Shown here piece by piece: positions 27,739-36,621 of a stretch of DNA of 64,000 nucleotides. A program made the translations under genes and the position numbers. Every line of letters begins with the position of its first letter. Within the stretch, counting starts at the first letter, position 1. Under the pieces are notes generated by a model. That model was not told the origin of the DNA. It did no database searches and saw only the letters and a list, made by a program, of their open reading frames with translations. Origin of the DNA: Myxococcota bacterium (GTDB lineage Bacteria; Myxococcota_A; SURF-8); NCBI GenBank assembly GCA_963674735.2, contig CAXXQS010000001.1, positions 1,824,001 through 1,888,000 on the forward strand, read 5' to 3'.

Positions 27739-28584
27739 CTACCAGCTTCCCCCGGCTCCACCGCCACCAAAGCCTCCGCCGAAGCCGCCGCCGAACGATC
27801 CCAAGCCGCCCCCCGAACCGCCGAAACCCCCGCCTCGGTATCCGCCACCGCGCATTCCGGACCCGGCACCCAGCAGAAAGAGCCAGAAAGGAACATTTCC
27901 ACCACGCCAGCGGCTCGCTCCGTAGCGCGAACGCCTGAAAAAACCGCCGATCATGGATGAAAACATAAACAGCATAAAGATAATTCCACCGATGCTTCCA
28001 CCCCAGGACGGTCGGCGTCGCATGGATGGCAGCTTCGGCATTCCACTGATTTCCACCTGGTAATGCTGGGCCAGAGTTTGGACAATTGTCAAAACCGCAA
28101 CCGCAATTCCCTGAGATGCATCACCCTTTTTCATGTACGGCAACATGCGTTCCCGTGCCACCGAACCCAGATATCCATCGGGTAGTACGCCTTCGAGACC
28201 ATACCCCGTTTCGAAACGATACTGGCGATCGGCTTTGGACAACATGAATAACAGTCCGTCATCTTTGCCTTTGTGTCCCAGTTTCCACTTCTCAGCTAAC
28301 CCCAAAGTGAACTGTTCTTTGGGAATACCTTCCAGGCTCGGGGTTGTAACCACAAGGAATTGGACCGCGGTCTTCTGTTCCAACTCTTGCAAAAAGCCAT
28401 TGAGCGCCCGCTCCGTATCATCACCAATCATGTCTCCCCGATCAGTGACATAGCGCGCCGGCTTGGAGGGCCATCCCGCGAGAAACCCGTCTTCGCCGGC
28501 AGAAGCCAACCAGCTGGCGAAAATACCCAGAATAATCAAGACAACCAGCCAGATCGTCCGTGGTTGACCGCTTCTACAACGCAT
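27739..28584 (-). CDS. TPM domain protein with Gly-rich tail
   Basis: WKLG..KDDGLL, ETGYGLEGVLPD, FGGGGAGGSW. Confidence 0.9.
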   Translation of the reverse strand: MRCRSGQPRTIWLVVLIILGIFASWLASAGEDGFLAGWPSKPARYVTDRGDMIGDDTERALNGFLQELEQKTAVQFLVVTTPSLEGIPKEQFTLGLAEKWKLGHKGKDDGLLFMLSKADRQYRFETGYGLEGVLPDGYLGSVARERMLPYMKKGDASQGIAVAVLTIVQTLAQHYQVEISGMPKLPSMRRRPSWGGSIGGIIFMLFMFSSMIGGFFRRSRYGASRWRGGNVPFWLFLLGAGSGMRGGGYRGGGFGGSGGGLGSFGGGFGGGFGGGGAGGSW

Positions 28585-29326
28585 CGATTGTCTCCACCAG
28601 TTTTCCGACCGAAATCAGCCAGGCTTCGAAAACACGTCTAACATCGGCCCTATCGATGGTCTTACCGGCTTTGTGCCGCTCCCATACAGTGATAAAAGCA
28701 TCCCCATCGATGGGAGCGAGACTCACCAGCCGTTTCACCGTATCGGTGTTTCCGGCATAGGCATCACCTCCCAAAAGATCCAGACTGGCCCTAAGTACGG
28801 GAAAAACATCCGTTACCCGTTCTTGAAACCACTTGGCCAACCAGGTTTCGTCACCAGCGGCGCGAAGATAGTTCTGTCTGAGTTGAACCCGCCAGGTGCG
28901 TAGTTCACGCTCAACTTGTAGGCGTAGATGCTCGCGATCAACCAAGATGTCGGCCAACTGATTCGCCCCGTAAAGACAGATGTGCGCCCGGCTAAGATCC
29001 AGAAATTCCATCGGAAAGACGTCTTGCCCACCACTTAGGTAATCAAGCGTCAGAAGCAAAGGAGCCCGCAAGCCTTTCGAACCAAAACGTTTCCCCAAAG
29101 CGGCTATGCCATTAAGTAGATCGATCGAAATCGTCTCGTAGATAAGAACCAGCTGAATATCTGGGTTATTATCGAGGTACTCGCCGCGCGCAGCCGGACC
29201 AATAAGATAAGCCGAAATCAGGGAGTCTTTTTCTTCACCCGAAATACCGATCAAAGCCTCACAAAACGGTTCGATGCGCGAAGCCACCTGTTTGTCGACA
29301 CCGGAGAAGTCAAACGATTGCGACAT
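28574..29326 (-). CDS. Nucleotidyltransferase-like protein of the lemA/TPM operon
   Basis: YLIGPAARGEY...DIQLV, DVFPMEF, LRLQVERELR. Confidence 0.6.
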   Translation of the reverse strand: MSQSFDFSGVDKQVASRIEPFCEALIGISGEEKDSLISAYLIGPAARGEYLDNNPDIQLVLIYETISIDLLNGIAALGKRFGSKGLRAPLLLTLDYLSGGQDVFPMEFLDLSRAHICLYGANQLADILVDREHLRLQVERELRTWRVQLRQNYLRAAGDETWLAKWFQERVTDVFPVLRASLDLLGGDAYAGNTDTVKRLVSLAPIDGDAFITVWERHKAGKTIDRADVRRVFEAWLISVGKLVETIDAL

Positions 29327-29505
29327 ACATTCCTCCCAAGGGCTCAGGCCCCGTATTCCGAGTTCATACCCCCAGCCGGTCCAAGACCGGCGGTGTTGTC
29401 AAGCGCGAACAGTTAAACACGAATCCACTGGAATTTCAAATCTTTCCGAGAAAAGACGCCTACTCGAAAGTAGCCTGAAATCGCCCGGTCAAAATACACC
29501 GAGTC

Positions 29506-29549
29506 AAAAAATAAAGGCCCTCGTCCTGGAGTAGACGAGAGCCTTTTTT
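29506..29549 (-). terminator. Terminator downstream of peroxiredoxin
   Basis: AAGGCCCTCGTC...GACGAGAGCCTT flanked by A- and T-runs. Confidence 0.6.
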
Positions 29550-29583
29550 CCTCACAAAACGGTGTTAAAACACCATCTTCAGA

Positions 29584-30180
29584 TCAATAATGGGACTTGC
29601 CAAACGCCTTCAGGCCTTCGGGATCGGCCTTCATCGTGTCGCCACCCGGTTGCCAGTTGGCCGGACACACTTCGCCGGTTTTCTTGGTGGTCTGGAAAGC
29701 CTGGATGGTACGCAGAGTCTCATCTACACTGCGACCCACGGCCAAATTGTTGATAGTAGCGTGCTGGACAACTCCCTCTTCATCGATCAGGAACAGGCCA
29801 CGCAGCGCAACCCCGCCACTCAGCACACCGAACTTGTCGGCGATATTCTTGTCGATATCGGCCAGCAAGGGGAAATTGAGCGTTCCCACGCCACCGTTTT
29901 TCCGGTCGGTTTCCGTCCAGGCCAAGTGAGAGAACTGGCTGTCCACCGAAACACCGTAAACTTGCACACCCAGCTCGCGAAACTGATCGTTGGCGTCGCT
30001 GAAAGCGATGATCTCCGTCGGACAAACAAAGGTGAAGTCGAGCGGATAAAACAACAGCAAGGTCCATTTACCATCGGTCTGCGGCAAGGTGTATTCCTTG
30101 AAACCACCATTGATAACGCCGGTAGCAGTAAAGTCGGGGGCTTTTCCTCCAACCAAAGGCTTATTCGCATCACAACTCAT
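29584..30180 (-). CDS. ahpC: 2-Cys peroxiredoxin (AhpC/TSA)
   Basis: [27 protein letters not shown]. Confidence 0.93.
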   Translation of the reverse strand: MSCDANKPLVGGKAPDFTATGVINGGFKEYTLPQTDGKWTLLLFYPLDFTFVCPTEIIAFSDANDQFRELGVQVYGVSVDSQFSHLAWTETDRKNGGVGTLNFPLLADIDKNIADKFGVLSGGVALRGLFLIDEEGVVQHATINNLAVGRSVDETLRTIQAFQTTKKTGEVCPANWQPGGDTMKADPEGLKAFGKSHY

Positions 30181-30240
30181 CAGAATTTCCTTTCCTAAAG
30201 TTTTCAGAATTCTATGTAAAGGGGTGCTTGGCACCGTCAT

Positions 30241-30255
30241 CTAAAATCATTTCAA
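30241..30255. promoter_or_regulatory. Candidate PerR/Fur-type box upstream of peroxiredoxin
   Basis: Imperfect 7-1-7 CTAAAAT-C-ATTTCAA. Confidence 0.35.
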
Positions 30256-30434
30256 ACAAGATGCACAAGTAGTCTGTTCTATTCCTACCATTTTAAATGT
30301 TTTTCATAACGCCCCAAGAAACACCTCAGAAAGTGATAATAGATATAAGTAGCTGTTATATTAACGTTTTTGCAGTCTACTTAATTGACAAGCCAATCGG
30401 CTTCCAGTAGCATGGCATCGTTTAGGAGTCACCG

Positions 30435-31118
30435 ATGAACGCATTTACAGTCTGTATCGATGGACCAGCGGGATCAGGAAAAAGCACCGTCGCCCGCCAA
30501 GCAGCCAAAGAAATCGGTTTCCTGTACCTTGATACGGGGGCGATATACCGCAGTCTGGCTCGATTGGCGCATATACGGAACATCGACTGGGAAGATGGCG
30601 ATGCCTTGGCCGAATTGGCTTCCAATCTCCCTATACGCTTTTTCCCGGGGCCGGACAACCAACGGGTGCTAGTAGATGGCGAGGATTTCACTCAGATCAT
30701 CCGCAGCCCGGAAATCAGCACGGGAGCCTCGCAAGTCAGCCGCCATCCGGCAGTTCGCAACGCGTTGCTTGATTTGCAGCGACGCATCGGACACTCCCAT
30801 AATTGCATAGTCGAAGGCCGCGATACCGGCAGCGTGGTTTTTCCTGAAGCCCAGCTGAAGGTTTTTCTTATCGCGGATGTTGATGTTCGTGCAAAACGGC
30901 GAATGCTCGAGCATCAACAACGAGGGGAATCAGTGAGTTTCGAAGACATCCGTGCAGCCGTCATCGAACGGGACCGGTGCGATACGGAACGAGAAGCGGC
31001 CCCCTTGGTCAAGGCTCATGACGCCGTCGCCATCGACACCACGGACCTGACACCCAAGCAGGTTGTGGCGCATATTATCAGGCTTATCGAGGAAAAACGT
31101 GGCGAGAAAACCGTTTAA
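30435..31118 (+). CDS. cmk: Cytidylate kinase
   Basis: IDGPAGSGKST, DTGAIYR, EGRDTG. Confidence 0.96.
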   Translation: MNAFTVCIDGPAGSGKSTVARQAAKEIGFLYLDTGAIYRSLARLAHIRNIDWEDGDALAELASNLPIRFFPGPDNQRVLVDGEDFTQIIRSPEISTGASQVSRHPAVRNALLDLQRRIGHSHNCIVEGRDTGSVVFPEAQLKVFLIADVDVRAKRRMLEHQQRGESVSFEDIRAAVIERDRCDTEREAAPLVKAHDAVAIDTTDLTPKQVVAHIIRLIEEKRGEKTV

Positions 31119-31647
31119 ATTCAAGTGCACAGCCTGCGGGCGGTGCTGTCAATGGGGCGGCTGGGTCTGTCTCTATCCTGAAGACGTCCGGCGTTTGGCG
31201 CAATTCTTCAATCAATCGCTGCAAAGCTTTGTCGATCAATACACCAAACATGTCGCCGTCGAGTTTCACTCCAACCGTGAATCCATCGTCATTCCCTACC
31301 TGGCGCTTAAACCGGGTAAAACCGGCTGCATTTTCCTGGTAGACAAGCTTTGCACCGTCCACGAGCAAAAACCGGTTCATTGCAAAGCCTCGCCCTTGCT
31401 GGCGGAATTTTTGCTCGATCAGGAAGGTTGGGAAAAATTCACGACGGAATGCGAAGGAGTCGGCCAAGGTCCGGTCATTACACGACCCGAAATCGACAAA
31501 GCCCTGCAAGAACAAGCGGAACGCGATATGGCTTACGAAGCCGCATTGGAAGAGGCAGGATGGAACCTTGGCCAATTACTGGGTGTAACGCTGCCCGAGC
31601 CGGAAATCCTGCCGGATTTTGGAATGGAAGTCGAGATCGAAGAGTAA
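31099..31647 (+). CDS. YkgJ-family cysteine cluster protein
   Basis: FKCTACGRCC, CIFL, CTVHEQKPVHC, CEG. Confidence 0.82.
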   Translation: MARKPFKFKCTACGRCCQWGGWVCLYPEDVRRLAQFFNQSLQSFVDQYTKHVAVEFHSNRESIVIPYLALKPGKTGCIFLVDKLCTVHEQKPVHCKASPLLAEFLLDQEGWEKFTTECEGVGQGPVITRPEIDKALQEQAERDMAYEAALEEAGWNLGQLLGVTLPEPEILPDFGMEVEIEE

Positions 31648-31678
31648 AATCGAGTTTCCTCCGATGATTCAACATAAA

Positions 31679-31712
31679 GAACGGGCGGCACAAGGCCGCC
31701 CGATTTTATTTC
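31679..31712. terminator. Intrinsic terminator between convergent genes
   Basis: CGGGCGGC-acaag-GCCGCCCG-ATTTTATTT. Confidence 0.75.
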
Positions 31713-31727
31713 ACTGAACTCTCGACG

Positions 31728-32204
31728 TTATTTGCGTTCAAGAAACTTCAAGATGTATTTCCCGTCTTTCACTTCCTTCAACTCTCCAACCACCTTGTCA
31801 CCCTTCTCCATGAAGAAGATACCGACGTGCGGAACATTTTCCTGCTTTTTCATGCAGGGTTTGCCGTCCTTGTTGAGCGCCCAATCCACGCTGAATTCGT
31901 AAACCTGACCTTTTTTAAGTTCTTTATGCGGGGCTTTTTTGGCAGACGGAGCCTTGGTAATCTTCACTTTCAGCTGTTTGACATTCGGAAAATCTTTCTC
32001 GTTCTTAACGATCGCTTGAACACGGCCTTCGAAAGTTTGCGGCGAGGCTTTCTTCTTGGCTCGAATCGAAGATGCACCGTCCGGAGTTCCCAATCCCGAA
32101 TCCTCTCCACCGCCAAGACCGGCAAACGGATCATCCTGCGCGTAGCCAATACTCAGACCCAGAGCACAAAGCATAACCAAAGAAAGCAGTAGTACTCGTT
32201 TCAT
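31728..32204 (-). CDS. Secreted Lys-rich hypothetical protein
   Basis: AAGGAGAGG RBS, signal peptide. Confidence 0.65.
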   Translation of the reverse strand: MKRVLLLSLVMLCALGLSIGYAQDDPFAGLGGGEDSGLGTPDGASSIRAKKKASPQTFEGRVQAIVKNEKDFPNVKQLKVKITKAPSAKKAPHKELKKGQVYEFSVDWALNKDGKPCMKKQENVPHVGIFFMEKGDKVVGELKEVKDGKYILKFLERK

Positions 32205-32269
32205 CGTCCCTCTCCTTTATCGTGTTGTTTGAGGCTCTTTTACCTGTTTTCTTTCGATCAACCGAGTTA

Positions 32270-32830
32270 TCAATTACCTGAAAGAATACGAAACTTCTTC
32301 ACTTTGATCTGGTTGTTTTTCATCGTGCCGGTCACCCAGGCACGACCACCATTCTCCGCCGCATTTTTCAGCAGCTCCAACACTTTGGAATTTCCCGTCA
32401 ACCGGATCAAGTCACCGGCGTCGCGCAGCTTGAGCAAAACAGATTCACCCTGGATCTGTAGCAGGCCGAAATAAGGTTTGACCCCTTTACCGATATCCAG
32501 GATTTCAAAGTCGATCACCTCATAATGCTTGTAACCGATCCTGTTTCCCTTGGCGACCGCTTTCACCTTCAACGTAACTTTCTGCAGCCGCTTCAGCTCG
32601 TTTTGAAACTCGCCTCCCAAGCTGACTTTGTCACCGCTATCCAGCGTGAACTGGATCACGGGAAAATGCGAAGTACCCACCAGCAAAATCTTTCCCGTCA
32701 TTTCCTCGACGACCGGAGCCGCCGGAGCTTCGTCTTTGCCTGCGGGAGCTTTTTCTCCGGCAAAGGCGAAAGAGGCGACCGCCATCAAGAACAAAACGAG
32801 AAGCCATGAACTCGAATGTTTCTTGTACAT
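32270..32830 (-). CDS. Secreted hypothetical protein
   Basis: Signal peptide (AFA-G); co-oriented with the peptidase gene. Confidence 0.65.
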   Translation of the reverse strand: MYKKHSSSWLLVLFLMAVASFAFAGEKAPAGKDEAPAAPVVEEMTGKILLVGTSHFPVIQFTLDSGDKVSLGGEFQNELKRLQKVTLKVKAVAKGNRIGYKHYEVIDFEILDIGKGVKPYFGLLQIQGESVLLKLRDAGDLIRLTGNSKVLELLKNAAENGGRAWVTGTMKNNQIKVKKFRILSGN

Positions 32831-32845
32831 ATCACTTTCCCCTGC

Positions 32846-34477
32846 TTACTTGATGCGAACGATACCGAATTGGACACCATCCTCCTCCGCTTCGGTATCG
32901 ATGAAGACCTCCCCTTCCCCTTCGACCTGAACGCATCCGGCACCCGTCGCGTAGAGCACGCCGTCGTATTCATCCTCGAAAGGCTCACAGTACAACCCCT
33001 CGAAAAGCACATCATCGCCCATGGCGTTGGTGCGGGTACAATTGGTGCAGATACCGATCTGCTGGCCACTTATGGGATCGTCGTAGAGATCCATGTACTG
33101 ATACTTCGGATCGTTGGCGATATCCAAACCATCAAGACTCACGGCCGCCAACCAATCGAAGAAATGATCCTTCCAATCGCTGCCCAAGCTGGTGTTGAGT
33201 GCATCGAAACCGACTTCGTCCGTTTGGATCAAGGACGTCAGGAAGCTCGCGCCACCACCATCGGTCAACGTCGAACCCGACTCGCTGTCGTATTCCACCG
33301 CGCCCTGCTGCTCGAACAGGTAGCGCAGGAACAAAAAGCCCATACCCCGCGCCTCGACGTCGTCACCGCTGAAAGCCAGCGAATAGTCGGGCACCGCGTC
33401 CAGGTAGGCTTTGGCCGTGTCGATATTGTCGATACCGAATCCCGAGGAATCCTCAGCCAGGTGCGCCAGGCTTTCGTTGAGCCACAGCGTTTCATCGCCC
33501 TGGAACTTGACTCGCTTCACCCCGAACATGATCATGTGGAAGTACTCGTGTGCGACGGTTCCGAATACGGAATCCAACGGATTATCGTTATCGGGCACCA
33601 CCACCCACAGAATGTCGGCGTCATTGAGCGCATCCGGAACAAAATCGTTGGGGTTGAACAAGCCCACCGCTCCGGAGTCGTTAACGAGGTGAGTCAGAAC
33701 GATCAGATGCAGGCCATCCTGGTCGCGGTCAGTGTAATCGACACTATCGATCACCGGGCTTCCATAGAGGAAATGATCGCGCGGATAGATCACGTTGTCA
33801 TACCGATCGACGATCTCGTCGATATCGCTTTGGGTAACGCTATCCTCGATATCGACCGCCACCGCAACCGTAGATCCTTTTCCTTTGATTTCGACCGTAA
33901 TATCCGAAATGTTCCCATCGAAATCCATGAATTTCAGGTCGAGCTGACTCAGGCATTCGTCGCCGCGCGCCACTTCCAGATCTCCACATTCTTCCGACTT
34001 CTTCGCACGTAGTCCTCGCCGCTCAAACAAGTCGGGTGTCACCAATCCCTGTTCGAAAATCTCTTTTTCGCGAAGTCGCATCTTGCTGTCCCAAGCAAAC
34101 CGTTTGAGCATCCGGTGGTAGCGACTCTCGGTCATCCAGACCGGCTTCACCTGAGAAAATCCCTGATGTAAGCGCAAACGCGAACTCGGCTCCTCGCCGT
34201 CTTCCGCTTCGTCATCGCCTTCATCGCCGCTATCGGCTTTGTCTTCGGTGGCCGTCAACGTATAACCGGTGCTCGAATCTTCGTCCAAGGTCCACAACGG
34301 AATGATGCGGTAAGCTTCACCACCTTCCTCGAAAGCGAGTTGAATCTGATCTCCCGCTTGAACGATATCGATCGAGGCAGGGACGATTTCGTCTTCCCCC
34401 TCATCGCTGCAGGCGGGTATCACGACAAGGCTGACGGCTAAAAGTAGAATTAGAACGAGTAGCTTGGACTGACACAT
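32846..34477 (-). CDS. Lipoprotein zinc metallopeptidase (gluzincin, M30-like)
   Basis: Lipobox IPAC, TVAHEYFH, WLNESLAHLAE; AAGGAG RBS. Confidence 0.75.
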   Translation of the reverse strand: MCQSKLLVLILLLAVSLVVIPACSDEGEDEIVPASIDIVQAGDQIQLAFEEGGEAYRIIPLWTLDEDSSTGYTLTATEDKADSGDEGDDEAEDGEEPSSRLRLHQGFSQVKPVWMTESRYHRMLKRFAWDSKMRLREKEIFEQGLVTPDLFERRGLRAKKSEECGDLEVARGDECLSQLDLKFMDFDGNISDITVEIKGKGSTVAVAVDIEDSVTQSDIDEIVDRYDNVIYPRDHFLYGSPVIDSVDYTDRDQDGLHLIVLTHLVNDSGAVGLFNPNDFVPDALNDADILWVVVPDNDNPLDSVFGTVAHEYFHMIMFGVKRVKFQGDETLWLNESLAHLAEDSSGFGIDNIDTAKAYLDAVPDYSLAFSGDDVEARGMGFLFLRYLFEQQGAVEYDSESGSTLTDGGGASFLTSLIQTDEVGFDALNTSLGSDWKDHFFDWLAAVSLDGLDIANDPKYQYMDLYDDPISGQQIGICTNCTRTNAMGDDVLFEGLYCEPFEDEYDGVLYATGAGCVQVEGEGEVFIDTEAEEDGVQFGIVRIK

Positions 34478-34717
34478 GGTTTTCTCCTTATCATACACGG
34501 GAAACTCCTCCCTCATTCGACTGATATCAAGACTTTTCAAGTGTAGCCAACCTTCTGACGATGTCAAGCCGGGTGTTAATCATTCCCAAAAAAAGTCTAA
34601 TGATTACAAAGCCATTAAAGTTGACGCCCATCCAGGGGCTCTGCTATGATGCCTCCACACTCTCACCATTGGTGAGTAAAGACTAAAACAGAAACGCAAG
34701 GAAGGGAAAACCGCACC

Positions 34718-36565
34718 ATGCAGCGGATTGATAGGATCGGTGTTTTTGCCTTTGTTGCTTGCTGGATTCTCTTGATCCTGATTTCACTAGGCGAGCCGAA
34801 CACAGCACATGCTCAAAGCCAAGACGAAATGGATCTGCTCCAGCAGTTGCAGCCCTACTCGGCCGACGAACTGGATACGCTTCGCTTCCTCTATGAATCG
34901 CTTACACCCGAACAGCTTGAAGCGAAAAAACAGGAGTTGGCCCGTCGTCAACTCGAATTGAATCAACAGCTCAATCATCCGCGAAATCAACAGGAAAATC
35001 GGCGTAAAGCTTTGCAAATCGGCATCCGCCGGATTCATCAGGAACAGGATGCTCTCAACAACCTCGGTAGCCCCAAAATCAATGTGGAACATCTTCTCGA
35101 CCAATACCGTGACTATCTGTTGGTCGGCGGTGGGGCGTTGGTGATGTTGATCTTTTTCGGCTTGCTATCGCTGAGACGCAAACCCGTAGCAACAGTCGAA
35201 ACGCCCGGCCATTCAAACGCAGAATCGAATTCAATTCCCGGTGACTCTGATAGTGGAGAAGGCATCCGAGCCGTGGATGCTGTTTCACCGATTGTCATCG
35301 AGGAATCAAGTTCTGCTCCGAAGCCGGTCTCCGGTATCGCCATTCCGCTTCAGGATTTGCAGTCACATATCGACAATCTCCTGCTTGAGCACCCCAATTC
35401 CTACAACAGCCTGGTCGATCTTCTTTTCCAACAAGCCATCTTCTGGCATTCCAGCGACATCCATATGCAACTATCGGGTGGCTGGTTCGAAGTTAAATTC
35501 CGCATCGATGGCAAACTTTACGACGCTTGCGTACTCGACAAATACCGAGAACGCGAAATCATCAACATCATCAAGGTGATGACCAAGCTGAAAACGTACG
35601 AGCAACGCGCCTCGCAAGAAGGTCGCCTGGAATACGAAATCGAAGGCCGCTGGTATGACTTCAGGGTATCGGTGGTGCCGATCATGAACACCGAAAAGGT
35701 GGTCATCCGTATATTCGGGGATGAAGAAATCACCTATGATATCGACCGGCTGGGCCTCTCGATCGATACAACCGAGAAGTTGAAAACCCTTCTGAATCGC
35801 CGTACCGGCCTGCTGCTGCTGGTCGGGCCCTCCGGTTCCGGCAAAACGACCACGATTTACAGCTCCTTGAATTATGTCAATAAGATCACCGGGGGCGTAA
35901 GCATCATCAGCCTGGAAGATCCGGTTGAACATATTCTGCCGGGCGTCACCCAGGTACAGATCAATCCGGATAAAAATCTGACATTCGAGTCAGGATTCGC
36001 CAACTTGCTGCGTCAGGATCCGGAAGTCCTGATGATTGGCGAGATCCGCGAAACCAACGTCGCGAAACTGGCCATTCAGGCAACGCAGACCGGTCACCTG
36101 GTTATCAGCACCGTTCACAGCCCGACAACCCTCGGCGCAGTCGACCGGATGATGAATCTCGGGGTGGACAGCTACAGCCTGCACAGCCTACTGGTGGGCG
36201 TCTTGTCACAACGACTGGTTCGCAGCGTGTGTGTTCACTGCCTGCAACCCTACGATCCCGACCCGGAACTGGTTAAAAAGGCCATCGCCATCACCGGTTT
36301 GCGTGATATGGAATGGCGCCATGGCGTCGGTTGTGAACAGTGCCTTGGACGCGGTTTCCACGGGCGAATCGTTTTAGATGAACTGCTCGTTTTTTCCAAC
36401 AAAGAACGCGACGCCCTCATGACCATGGAAAACCGGGCCGAACGGCGAAATTTCATGATGGAACGCATCAACCACAGCTTGTGGGCAGACGGTATCGCCA
36501 AAGCGGCGGCCGGATTGACAACACTCGAAGAAGTGTTCACCGTGGTTGACGATAACACCATTTAA
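34718..36565 (+). CDS. GspE/PilB-family ATPase with N-terminal signal peptide and TM helix
   Basis: SDIH, FRIDG, GPSGSGKTTT, LEDPVE, LRQDPEVLMIGEIR, TGHLVISTVH, two CxxC motifs, GLTTLEEV. Confidence 0.9.
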   Translation: MQRIDRIGVFAFVACWILLILISLGEPNTAHAQSQDEMDLLQQLQPYSADELDTLRFLYESLTPEQLEAKKQELARRQLELNQQLNHPRNQQENRRKALQIGIRRIHQEQDALNNLGSPKINVEHLLDQYRDYLLVGGGALVMLIFFGLLSLRRKPVATVETPGHSNAESNSIPGDSDSGEGIRAVDAVSPIVIEESSSAPKPVSGIAIPLQDLQSHIDNLLLEHPNSYNSLVDLLFQQAIFWHSSDIHMQLSGGWFEVKFRIDGKLYDACVLDKYREREIINIIKVMTKLKTYEQRASQEGRLEYEIEGRWYDFRVSVVPIMNTEKVVIRIFGDEEITYDIDRLGLSIDTTEKLKTLLNRRTGLLLLVGPSGSGKTTTIYSSLNYVNKITGGVSIISLEDPVEHILPGVTQVQINPDKNLTFESGFANLLRQDPEVLMIGEIRETNVAKLAIQATQTGHLVISTVHSPTTLGAVDRMMNLGVDSYSLHSLLVGVLSQRLVRSVCVHCLQPYDPDPELVKKAIAITGLRDMEWRHGVGCEQCLGRGFHGRIVLDELLVFSNKERDALMTMENRAERRNFMMERINHSLWADGIAKAAAGLTTLEEVFTVVDDNTI

Positions 36566-36621
36566 ACGGCAATAGGAACCGGATGCCGTCCTTTCGGCGG
36601 CAGAGACCGGAGGAGAGTCCC

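Noticed and set aside
32816-34012. 398-aa plus-strand ORF and other long overlapping ORFs
   Set aside because: Antisense or alternate-frame shadows of well-supported genes, with no motifs.
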